DNA from: an uncultured bacterium
Lineage (GTDB): Bacteria; Patescibacteriota; Minisyncoccia; Phycocordibacterales; PALSA-1337
Length of the DNA stretch: 64,000 nucleotides
Reading direction: 5' to 3'
Assembly: GCA_963851055.1 (NCBI GenBank)
Contig: CAWKMY010000005.1
Span: 12,716 to 76,715, forward strand
The notes below the pieces were generated by a model. The model was not told the origin of the DNA and made no database searches. It worked only from the letters and a program-made list of their open reading frames with translations. The translations under genes were made by a program, and so were the position numbers. Of the stretch, positions 55,492 through 63,824 are shown piece by piece (positions within the stretch are counted from its first letter, which is position 1; each line of letters begins with the position of its first letter).

Positions 55492-55713
55492 GTATTTAAA
55501 TTATTAAGCTGTTAATGTACCTCGGGGTCATCGAACCGAATGCGCAACATAACGACGACCGCAAGCCGCCGTGATTATTTAGTTTTTTCCGTCGTCTTTC
55601 GTCCTGAGAATCAACTGACCAACTGTAATGAGATAAGTTTAACAAAAATTTTCCGGTGCACAAGTTCTCAAGCGAGAATTTTTGTGATGTAAAAATAATT
55701 CACCAAAACCAAA

Positions 55714-57324
55714 CTAAGTCGTCTCCTTGCCGCATGTCTCAATCTCCAGCATCCTATCCACACGGAATCTCCTCACCGACTGGCGCGTCCGACAGAATGC
55801 TTCCACGCCGAGATACTTTGCTCCTTTGAATTCCATCTCACCTATTTTCAAGGGCTCTATGATCCTGCGAGATTTCTCGTCATTATTCCTTAGATAAGTT
55901 ATGGAAAGGGCGGAGCCAGCGACAATGGCATTTTCGATGATGCCGACACGCTCGTCAATCGAACAAGCTTTTTCAGACTTTGCATACTGTAGCGCGGTGA
56001 CGAAACGCACCACTCGCCAATCCATGATGACATGCCTCTTCTCCAGCGGCTGATGTAAAGTTATGCCTTCCAATGTCCGACACCTAGACAGAGCGACATA
56101 TAACTGACCGTGGGCGAATGTTCCACGACCGATATCGATGATGATCTCGTCGAAAGTCTTGCCTTGGCTCTTGTGTATAGTGAGAGCCCATGCGAGCTTG
56201 AGTGGATACTGAGTGAATGACCCTATAGTCTTTGTCTTAAGCACGCCACCATCTACGCGGTATTCGAAAACGTCCCATTCATTCTCCGATACGGCACAAC
56301 TCTCGCCTGTTTCTAGCCGAACGGTTATGCCGTCTGGTCCATCGACTTCTTCTATCACTCCCATGGTGCCATTGACCCATCGGCCTCCGGCGTCATTATT
56401 GAGGAGCATGACTTGGGCTCCATCTTTCAAGCGCAATACTTCATCGGTCGGCATATGTGATCGATCAAATTTCCCTGTCACCGAAGCGGTATAGACATGT
56501 TCTTCGCCTGGCAATTCATCTAGGTTGAGCATATTTATCTCGGTGGCTTTTGCATTGGTGGAAGTCAGGCAGACTTTGAATTTCCCGCCGGAAGAGCCAG
56601 AAGCGCCGGCGGAGGAACTGGCAGAACTAGAGTGACGAGAAGATTTTTTATACCGTGCATTCAATTCAGCGAATTCGGCATCACCGACGCTATTGTTACG
56701 GATAGTATTCAAGAGCCGTATGAAATTGCCGTCGGATTGGCGATAGACTTTTTCCAATTCAATGAAATGGAACTCTTCATGGAAAAATGATTTGGCGCTA
56801 AAGAAATAAGGGCTCTTGTAAAGAGTCTCGAATGCATGTTTCTCGGAAGAAGCCACGACTGGCGGAAGCTGATACAAGTCGCCGATGAATATCATCTGCA
56901 ATCCGCCAAAAGGCAGACCAGCGCCATCCTTGGTGCGATTCAAGCGCAGGAATTTATCGAAGCAATCCAGTAGGTCGGCGCGAGTCATGGATATCTCATC
57001 GATGATGATGGCGTCGAGCTTCTCCAAGACTTTTACTTTCTTGTTATCATCCGGCAACTTTTTTACTTTTTTCAGAGTGATATCCGGCTTGAATCCACAA
57101 AATGAATGTATAGTCTGTCCGCCGACATTGACCGCGGCCACGCCAGTGGGAGCCAGGACCGCCACGCGCTTCTTCGTGCTCTTCCGAAACTCGGTCAGAA
57201 GTGTCGACTTACCTGTCCCCGCCCTACCGGTCAGAAATAGGTTGTCATGGGTGTCATCCATGATTCTCAAGGCCTCGAGAGCTTGAGGACTCCAGGATAA
57301 TGAGGGTTTGGCGGTAGAACTCAT
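55714..57324 (-). CDS. Pif1/RecD-family SF1 helicase with a C-terminal WYL-like domain
   Basis: Walker A is LTGRAGTGKST. IIIDEISM and TIHKSQGKTFDEIIIDIG..QLYVALSRCRTLEGI are present. The C-terminus YLGVEAFCRTRQSVRRFRVDRM follows the WYL pattern (WYL.A.C...R..R.FR.DRI). Confidence 0.85.
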   Translation of the reverse strand: MSSTAKPSLSWSPQALEALRIMDDTHDNLFLTGRAGTGKSTLLTEFRKSTKKRVAVLAPTGVAAVNVGGQTIHSFCGFKPDITLKKVKKLPDDNKKVKVLEKLDAIIIDEISMTRADLLDCFDKFLRLNRTKDGAGLPFGGLQMIFIGDLYQLPPVVASSEKHAFETLYKSPYFFSAKSFFHEEFHFIELEKVYRQSDGNFIRLLNTIRNNSVGDAEFAELNARYKKSSRHSSSASSSAGASGSSGGKFKVCLTSTNAKATEINMLNLDELPGEEHVYTASVTGKFDRSHMPTDEVLRLKDGAQVMLLNNDAGGRWVNGTMGVIEEVDGPDGITVRLETGESCAVSENEWDVFEYRVDGGVLKTKTIGSFTQYPLKLAWALTIHKSQGKTFDEIIIDIGRGTFAHGQLYVALSRCRTLEGITLHQPLEKRHVIMDWRVVRFVTALQYAKSEKACSIDERVGIIENAIVAGSALSITYLRNNDEKSRRIIEPLKIGEMEFKGAKYLGVEAFCRTRQSVRRFRVDRMLEIETCGKETT

Positions 57325-57430
57325 GAGGCAAATATAACATCTAGTGGGCTGTATATGAAAATATCTTAGTCTAGTCTACTGGACCAAGGAATGTCGCTAG
57401 TCTAGTTTATGGGCTCAAACTGGACTAAGC

Positions 57431-57458
57431 AAAAGCCGAGACATCAATCTCGGTTTTT
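57431..57458. terminator. bidirectional hairpin terminator
   Basis: AAAA-gccgaga-catcaa-tctcgg-TTTTT. Confidence 0.6.
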
Positions 57459-57604
57459 CACTGATTCAACTATCTTATCTCGCCAATCTCTGTCGATTTG
57501 TAACCTAATCTCCTGTTTACCTTCACCATTCCAGCCACGACGAAGATAGCGATACAAAAGCTAGAGGCTGGTGAGGCGTTCTAGAACTCTATTTTAGCAC
57601 AAAG

Positions 57605-57793
57605 TTAGATGGGCTTAACCATCCCCTTGTACTTCTCAACAACAGATCTTTGTTCCTCAGTAGCCTCTCTCATGACTTGTCGTATAACTTTAATCTTTTC
57701 TTTTGAGCTCGCATTAGTAAAAAACTCAGAAAAGTCGTCTTTTCTCTCTGTTGGTTGAGTATTTCCTGTGATTTTCTTGATGAATTCAATCAT
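57605..57793 (-). CDS. hypothetical small protein
   Basis: 62-aa ORF, charged and helical-looking, with a terminator downstream. Confidence 0.35.
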   Translation of the reverse strand: MIEFIKKITGNTQPTERKDDFSEFFTNASSKEKIKVIRQVMREATEEQRSVVEKYKGMVKPI

Positions 57794-57933
57794 ATAAGTA
57801 ATGTTTTTAGGTCAGCTTCAGTATAGGCTTTGCCAATATATCGGTCAATATTAGTGTTTGGGGCCTGAAAATATAGCGTAAAAGACCTGTGGATAACTTT
57901 GACTTTTAGCCAGAAAGGTGGTAGCTTGTAGGT

Positions 57934-58004
57934 ACGGAATCGCCCCCAGACCAAACTGTGACGTTTATCGTCGCTTGCCCGAAAGGGATAGGTCTGGGGG
58001 TTTT
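57934..58004 (+). ncRNA. candidate small structured RNA, or merely a terminator-like element
   Basis: The possible promoter is TTGACT (57899-57904), 17 nt, TAGCTT (57922-57927). A 10-bp closing stem cccccagacc (57943-57952) / ggtctggggg (57991-58000) encloses the hairpins gacg-tttat-cgtc and ccc-gaaa-ggg, followed by TTTT. Confidence 0.25.
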
Positions 58005-58015
58005 CGTTACCCTAT

Positions 58016-58642
58016 TTATTTAGGCCATATCTGGACATACATCTCTCTGGCACTGATCATCTCACGGAATTTCTTTCCATCTTTTTTCTTCTTGTTCAGG
58101 CTCCGATTGACTGCTCCAGCTATCATATCCACGAGTTGAAGGAGGTTATTTCCTTTCGAATCCTGCATCTTCACTTTCTTGATACAAACTTTTTCTTTCG
58201 TATTGGTTCTCTTCTTCAGATATGTGGCGAGCTGATACTTGAACATCTTGCGGCCGGATTGGTCTATAACCACGATGGCATTCTGAAGCTTTTCCTTTGC
58301 GTTTTCGAAGAGCAGACTGCTGACATACTTGTAAAATGATTCCTTGTATTTAAATCCCTCGCTGTAGAGTCCGGCCTTATTGATGACAATGCCGTAGTAA
58401 AAGAAATCGTATGGCAAAATTGCTTTTAGGAATGCTTCACGAACTCGATCAGAATTCTCCTTGAAATGAAACTCGTAATCTGGCGGAAGATTGAGCTCTT
58501 TCCGCAGAAGCCCAATTCGCTGGTCACAAGCCAGAGCGGCATCATTATCCTCAAAAGCAACCAGCACTATAGTGAAGAACCGACTTGCTCCGTCGGTTAT
58601 CTTCAATCCGGGATCTCCTGATTCGTCGATGAATACGAGCAT
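58016..58642 (-). CDS. DUF3800-family protein
   Basis: 208 aa. The MLVFIDESGDPG N-terminus is typical of DUF3800. TATAAT (58650-58655) lies 7 nt upstream of the ATG. Confidence 0.75.
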   Translation of the reverse strand: MLVFIDESGDPGLKITDGASRFFTIVLVAFEDNDAALACDQRIGLLRKELNLPPDYEFHFKENSDRVREAFLKAILPYDFFYYGIVINKAGLYSEGFKYKESFYKYVSSLLFENAKEKLQNAIVVIDQSGRKMFKYQLATYLKKRTNTKEKVCIKKVKMQDSKGNNLLQLVDMIAGAVNRSLNKKKKDGKKFREMISAREMYVQIWPK

Positions 58643-58817
58643 GGGGAGAATTATACTCCCCTATTCGAGCTTGTATATATGATCGTTGACTTTAGTAATA
58701 CAAGAAACTAACATTATAGGTAACGTCAGTCTTACATGGAGCTTAATGCAAGTGAAGTGTCGTAATACCGACACCGAAGTGTAAGCAGTTTTGAAACGCC
58801 CTGAGGGGCGTTTCGCC

Positions 58818-59135
58818 TTATACGAGTCTGTATATATCCAAGGCCACCTCCTCATATGGATGCGCTTCCCGGATGGCGGCGATGACACGTTCGACCGCGT
58901 CCTCCTCACAAGTGACTTCGATCCGCTCTTCCTCGACCGCTTCCAGCTTCCCGACCGTGCCGATATGGGGCATGGCGCCTCTCTCTGGCTTGAATCGTCC
59001 GACACCACGCACCGAAAATGTGCAATATGAATACTTCCCCAGCTTTCCGCCGCCCGCCGCGCCGATGGCGTCACGCACGTGATCGGCATGGGTGAGAGGA
59101 ACGAAGACGACGATCTTGGAGCGAGGGGTGGGCAT
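58818..59135 (-). CDS. stand-alone Nif3/YqfO insert-domain-like (PII-like fold) protein
   Basis: 105 aa. KIVVFVPLTHADHVRDAIGAAGGGKLGKYSYCTFSVRGVGRFKPERGAMPHIG..EEERIEVTCEE..AHPYEEVALDIY matches the inserted domain of NIF3-family proteins as I recall it. Confidence 0.6.
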   Translation of the reverse strand: MPTPRSKIVVFVPLTHADHVRDAIGAAGGGKLGKYSYCTFSVRGVGRFKPERGAMPHIGTVGKLEAVEEERIEVTCEEDAVERVIAAIREAHPYEEVALDIYRLV

Positions 59136-59205
59136 GAATACTATAATACTAACAATAAAATATTAGACTGTGAATAAATGAAAGATGATATAATGCAGCT
59201 ATCTG

Positions 59206-60291
59206 ATGAAAAAGACTAATCAAAAACTTGCCAAAATAAAAGTGGAGGGTCTTTTTCCGAATACACCCAAGCGGAGACGGCTTGGCAATTTCAAGATGAT
59301 TGACCTTTTTGCTGGCATTGGGGGTATAAGACTAGGCTTCGAAAGTATTGGCGGTGAATGCGTATTCACTTCAGAATGGGATGCTGCGGCACAAAAAACA
59401 TATTTTGCAAATTTTGGCGAAATTCCTTACGGAGATATAACTAAGATAAACCCAAAAGATATAGAACCTTTTGATGTGCTTCTTGCCGGATTTCCCTGTC
59501 AGCCATTTTCACAGGCTGGTAAGAAACTGGGACTTGCAGATACTCGTGGTACCTTGTTTTTTGATATAGCTAAAATAATTGAACATCATAGGCCTACAGT
59601 GGTATTCCTCGAAAATGTTAAGAGGTTCAGAAGTCATGATGGTGGAAGAACCTTCGAGACTATCAAGACAATCCTTGAAGGATTAGGGTACGAAATATAC
59701 GCCCAAGTTCTTAATGCCAAGAATTTTGGTTTACCTCAAAACCGCGAAAGGATTTATATAGTTGGTTTCCTTGGAAAAACTAACTTCTCATTTCCAGAGC
59801 CATCAGGAATAAAAACTAAACTTGGGGATATTTTGGAAAAGAAGGTTGATCCTAAATACACCATTTCAGACAAGCTTTGGGCCGGACATCAAAGAAGAAA
59901 GAAGGAACATCGTGAGAAGGGCAACGGCTTTGGGTATTCCCTGTTTAATCACGACTCCGAATATACGAGCACCATATCCGCTCGATATTATAAAGATGGA
60001 TCTGAAATACTCATCGAACAGAAAGGTAAAAACCCTAGGAAACTAACTCCGAGAGAAGCAGCTAGACTGCAAGGTTTTCCAGATGATTACGTTGTTTCAA
60101 CTAGTAATAGTCAGGCATACAAACAATTTGGTAATAGTGTAGCTGTGCCCGTAATCAAGGCAATCGCACAAGAAATCGGTAAATCCTTGAGAATGTTGAG
60201 GAAGAGTTCTGTCAAAGGATACAAAACCATTAACCTTGATAAAATTAAAAAGGAAAGTGTTGAAAAGGCTCTGAGCTCAGTAACGAATTAG
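59206..60291 (+). CDS. DNA (cytosine-5)-methyltransferase
   Basis: Motif I is DLFAGIGGIRLGF, motif IV GFPCQPFSQAG, motif VI ENVKRF, motif VIII QNRERIYIVGF, and motif X QFGNSVAVPV. Confidence 0.95.
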   Translation: MKKTNQKLAKIKVEGLFPNTPKRRRLGNFKMIDLFAGIGGIRLGFESIGGECVFTSEWDAAAQKTYFANFGEIPYGDITKINPKDIEPFDVLLAGFPCQPFSQAGKKLGLADTRGTLFFDIAKIIEHHRPTVVFLENVKRFRSHDGGRTFETIKTILEGLGYEIYAQVLNAKNFGLPQNRERIYIVGFLGKTNFSFPEPSGIKTKLGDILEKKVDPKYTISDKLWAGHQRRKKEHREKGNGFGYSLFNHDSEYTSTISARYYKDGSEILIEQKGKNPRKLTPREAARLQGFPDDYVVSTSNSQAYKQFGNSVAVPVIKAIAQEIGKSLRMLRKSSVKGYKTINLDKIKKESVEKALSSVTN

Positions 60292-60301
60292 GATAACTCA
60301 C

Positions 60302-61324
60302 CTAAAATATCACCAAGCCCCCTAAAAATAGGTATGGTGCTAATAGAGTATCTTCTCCCCCTCCACCACCAGTGCTACTAGACCAGCTTGTGCCTTTTAA
60401 AAAATCCTCGATAAAAATTGAATCCCATTGCAAGAAGCTTCTGTCCTGTCGATTGTTAATCTCTCTTACATTATAGAGAACTGGAAGATTTAATTTCTCC
60501 TTCAGATACAAATACCAAAGTATCCTCCGAGAGTCCCACCCAAATCTCCAACTATCTTTGTTGTCAATTTCATTAATTATCGGTGATTTTTCTTTTATCT
60601 CAACAACACAGTAACCATTTTTTGACTTCAGAAAACCATCAAGATCTATAATCTGTCTACCACTTGCCTCTCTTAAAATGACGTCTAGAAAATATCTATT
60701 TGCGTAGATATTTTTTAACACCTCAATATCATACTCGGCAAAGTATTCAAACTGCTCTCTTTTTCTTAACGGAAAGATACTCCTCTTCCTAGTCGACTTT
60801 TCAAATCTTGATAGGATGATTCCAAAATTTTGGATATTATCAAGTTCAAACTTATTCGTTTTAGTATTGAATTTATAAAAAATAAATTTTGGTACAAGTA
60901 TATTGCTTTCGACATCTTCCCTCAGACCATCACTGCCAATTCCACGCACGACAAATGGCACGTCTGTCCAATTATCATTGGATGTTCTTATATAGACCAA
61001 CTGATCAACTTCGTCCCATTTTGAGACTATTGAATAAATCTCCTCAAAATCTTCTACTGGATTAACAGCTAGGGTTACATACGTGAATCTATTCTTATCT
61101 GTGAGTTCTCCTGAGAGCTTCCGCGAAATAAATTTTCCCCCTTCAAAATATTTTATATATCCAAAATTCTCAACAAATTTTACAAACTCAATCTCCGCCC
61201 TAAAACCAAGTACTCTTCTCTTAAAATAATCATTGTTCTCGACTTTTTTATCACTAGCTGTACTGGTGCCAGAACATATTATCTTGTATAGCGAGTCGAT
61301 GATCTTCTCTTTTGAGACTTCCAT
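60302..61324 (-). CDS. putative type II restriction endonuclease (PD-(D/E)xK)
   Basis: 340 aa, convergent with the methyltransferase and 10 nt from it. IIDLDGFLKSKNGYCVVEIKEK fits a D...(D/E)xK nuclease core. Confidence 0.55.
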   Translation of the reverse strand: MEVSKEKIIDSLYKIICSGTSTASDKKVENNDYFKRRVLGFRAEIEFVKFVENFGYIKYFEGGKFISRKLSGELTDKNRFTYVTLAVNPVEDFEEIYSIVSKWDEVDQLVYIRTSNDNWTDVPFVVRGIGSDGLREDVESNILVPKFIFYKFNTKTNKFELDNIQNFGIILSRFEKSTRKRSIFPLRKREQFEYFAEYDIEVLKNIYANRYFLDVILREASGRQIIDLDGFLKSKNGYCVVEIKEKSPIINEIDNKDSWRFGWDSRRILWYLYLKEKLNLPVLYNVREINNRQDRSFLQWDSIFIEDFLKGTSWSSSTGGGGGEDTLLAPYLFLGGLVIF

Positions 61325-61391
61325 AATATATTATAATGTCACTTTTTTTGCCTATACGCAATGATCATACAAATGAGTATGCGGTACCGCT

Positions 61392-61739
61392 TCACAACTT
61401 TGAATATTTCGTATGCTTCCCTTTCACCTTCTCGACTGGATACTTTTTAGCTGTTTTAACAAGTTTTTTCTCCACAGCATCAATAAGATCGATGCCAAAA
61501 TCGTTACTCATCAAAATCAGCCAGTAGAGAGTGTCCGCTAATTCGTCTGCGACGTCTTCTTTGTGGTTTTTTAGGTGTTCCTCCATCTCCTTGGCATTTT
61601 TCCATTGAAAATGTTCCATGACTTCAGCGGCCTCTAAAACGAGAGAAAGGGCCGAATCTTTTGGGTTATGGAACTGTTTCCAGTCTCGGGCGTCCCTAAA
61701 AGCAAGGACTTTTTTGCTTATTTCGGAGAAATCAGACAT
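61392..61739 (-). CDS. MazG-like nucleoside triphosphate pyrophosphohydrolase (dCTPase-like)
   Basis: 115 aa. FRDARDWKQFHNPKDSALSLVLEAAEVMEHFQWK...VADELADTLYWLILMSNDFGIDL. Confidence 0.85.
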   Translation of the reverse strand: MSDFSEISKKVLAFRDARDWKQFHNPKDSALSLVLEAAEVMEHFQWKNAKEMEEHLKNHKEDVADELADTLYWLILMSNDFGIDLIDAVEKKLVKTAKKYPVEKVKGKHTKYSKL

Positions 61740-61755
61740 GGAGCCATTCTAGCGC
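61727..61755. repeat. 29-bp direct repeat, copy A (covers the mazG start codon)
   Basis: agaaatcagacaTggagccattctagcgc is 28/29 identical to 63796-63824. Confidence 0.9.
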
Positions 61756-61800
61756 GATTTTGGTAAGAGTAAAGATGCTGACATAACAAATCGAAATTAA

Positions 61801-62133
61801 CTACATCTGTAATATTTGTATCTTTTTCTCATCTGGAAATTGAGAAAATAAAATCATCCTTGCAATAAGTAAAATCCTTTTCCCTTTTGGAATAGCTAAA
61901 AAACCTCTTACCTTTATCTTCTTCTTTGCTTGTCTTGAGATATAATCATACATATACATCAATTGCTCAGCAGTGTGTTCTGTATGTAGCGTAGATTCGA
62001 TTTCTGCTTCCAATATAATCTCCTCTACAACACAAGCTTCTTTATTGATCTTTTGTATAAATAAATCTGGCAAATAACCACGGATGGGTGTCTTACGTTC
62101 ATGCCACTCCTTTTTAGAAACTTTCTTCGGCAA
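61801..62133 (-). CDS. hypothetical protein (downstream partner of the DGQHR gene)
   Basis: 110-aa ORF starting 36 nt after the DGQHR gene stop on the same strand. It is lysine-rich, and I recognise no motif. Confidence 0.45.
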   Translation of the reverse strand: MPKKVSKKEWHERKTPIRGYLPDLFIQKINKEACVVEEIILEAEIESTLHTEHTAEQLMYMYDYISRQAKKKIKVRGFLAIPKGKRILLIARMILFSQFPDEKKIQILQM

Positions 62134-62169
62134 CCCATCAATACTGACTCATGAAGTTCAGCCATTTTA

Positions 62170-63186
62170 TTAATTAATTTTACCTAGAACAAAATTGGCC
62201 AATTCAGCGTAAGCACCCATACCTGTACCAAATCTACGTGCTCCAGTTTTATTTGTTCTCTTCCAAAAATCAGCACCCAAATCAGTTAGCTTTGCGACTT
62301 TATTGCGAATCTTTTTTTCGTCCCATTTGTTCAATAAATGTGGAGCAATGAAAAAATTGAATACGAATATACCAGGAGTCTTTTGAATTAAATACCTCTT
62401 TGGTTCTTTGAATGCTTCTGGAATCGCTTCCTCAATCATTGACCAAAACTTAGCAAGCCTTTTTGCAACTTTCTTATGCTGCTTATTCTTTCCGCTAATA
62501 AGTACCTGTCTCAAGGATGAGACGAATGATTTTTCTGTTGCGATATGAGTCTGGAGTCTTTCCTCGTTTGGTTGTCTAATTGCATCAAACCAAGGGTTAT
62601 CCTTAATCTCTTTATTAAGATCAATCGTAATGTGGACTGCTGAGATCTCCCAAGGTTTTACGTCTGCAATTTCGTTTATATAATCATTTTCAATCAGTAA
62701 TCGACGCGTTAAGGCAACGTCCATCTTTTTTGCCTTAGTGTTTATTAAATAAAATTGTGCAGCTTCCTTAAGTCTATCCAAACCTTCAACTATAACGACT
62801 GGAAAAAAGAAATTTGAATCGATAGATCCCCTATCTTTGGCATGATGAAGTCCTTTCAACCTGTGTTGCATGTCAACCACCCATACATCGGTCCCATCGG
62901 GAATAATCAGCTGTCCTTTAGCATATTTTAACTTACCAACATTCCTAACATTAAGTAGGCCTGCAACTGGCATTATAGAATCTTTTTTTTCAAAATATTT
63001 TGCTATCTTTTTTATTCTCTGTTCATCTGGATTACGTTGATAACCCCTCTTATTAAGAACACTTTTAGGATTCCAAGTATCAACCTGAAACCGTTCAAGC
63101 ATTGAGACTGGGACCGTCGCAATATACATCTGGATATTACGTTGTTTGAATGGTATAGCCGGTATGTGTAAGCTCATAAACACCAT
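62170..63186 (-). CDS. DGQHR-domain protein (DndB/DpdB-like, ParB/Srx fold)
   Basis: 338 aa. RGYQRNPDEQRIKKIAKYF and VWVVDMQHRLKGL (DGQHR variant DMQHR) are in the expected order and spacing. Confidence 0.75.
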   Translation of the reverse strand: MVFMSLHIPAIPFKQRNIQMYIATVPVSMLERFQVDTWNPKSVLNKRGYQRNPDEQRIKKIAKYFEKKDSIMPVAGLLNVRNVGKLKYAKGQLIIPDGTDVWVVDMQHRLKGLHHAKDRGSIDSNFFFPVVIVEGLDRLKEAAQFYLINTKAKKMDVALTRRLLIENDYINEIADVKPWEISAVHITIDLNKEIKDNPWFDAIRQPNEERLQTHIATEKSFVSSLRQVLISGKNKQHKKVAKRLAKFWSMIEEAIPEAFKEPKRYLIQKTPGIFVFNFFIAPHLLNKWDEKKIRNKVAKLTDLGADFWKRTNKTGARRFGTGMGAYAELANFVLGKIN

Positions 63187-63383
63187 ACTAGCTCTATTTT
63201 GACAAATGTAAAGATCTGAATCTTCTTATTTCCCCATCTCCAGCACCTCATCAATACGTATCTACTTCACAAACTCAGGTACGTAGGAGGCCAATATCAT
63301 GGCCCCATTCATAGGCATCCAGAGCCTTGGCAATAGGGCGAGCGACTTTTACGCGTCAGAGGAGATGTTAAACTGTAATATCA

Positions 63384-63821
63384 ATGGACAAAAACACTTA
63401 CAAAAGTAGTAAAGCTGTCATTCTTGGCTATATCAAAAAAGCACAAGAAAATAAACCTGATCTCGGTGATTACTTGGGCAAACACTTCTCCTTCGATGAT
63501 TTTAAAAGGACTCTTACTTATACAGGAGACGTAAGTGCATTTGGTAATCTAGTTGATAATAACCATCGTCCAACTAAAGACAAAAGTGAATGTTTTGATT
63601 GTAAAAGAGATACCAGTAAGAATCCAAGAGACTACTATATGGTTACCGACAACATCTGGAAGAAGTATGGGGTCGGAAAAAATAACTTATGTATGAGTTG
63701 TTTGGAAAAAAGAATCGGACGTACATTAGAAAAATCAGATATCTTGGAATGCCCTGTCACTAACGAGTGGAACCCATATACTTCTAACATTCTCAAGAAA
63801 TCAGACACGGAGCCATTCTAG
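63384..63821 (+). CDS. hypothetical protein with a CxxC...CxxC zinc-ribbon-like motif
   Basis: 145 aa. SECFDCKRD...NNLCMSCLEKRIG. Its last 8 codons lie inside direct-repeat copy B. Confidence 0.45.
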   Translation: MDKNTYKSSKAVILGYIKKAQENKPDLGDYLGKHFSFDDFKRTLTYTGDVSAFGNLVDNNHRPTKDKSECFDCKRDTSKNPRDYYMVTDNIWKKYGVGKNNLCMSCLEKRIGRTLEKSDILECPVTNEWNPYTSNILKKSDTEPF

Positions 63822-63824
63822 CGC
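63796..63824. repeat. 29-bp direct repeat, copy B
   Basis: agaaatcagacaCggagccattctagcgc. After the repeat both copies continue with a T-rich tract (gattttgg versus ttttttgc). Confidence 0.9.

Noticed and set aside
57480-57600. A possible 37-aa TTG-initiated peptide (..YRYLRRGWNGEGKQEIRLQIDRDWRDKIVESVKNRD) downstream of 57605..57793.
   Set aside because: It is too short, has a non-ATG start, and has no recognisable family. It could equally be a decayed gene remnant.
57934-58004. A hammerhead or other known self-cleaving ribozyme in the three-way-junction element.
   Set aside because: The junction strands read CUGUGACG and GAAAGGG in hairpin contexts. They do not match the CUGANGA...GAAA hammerhead core arrangement.
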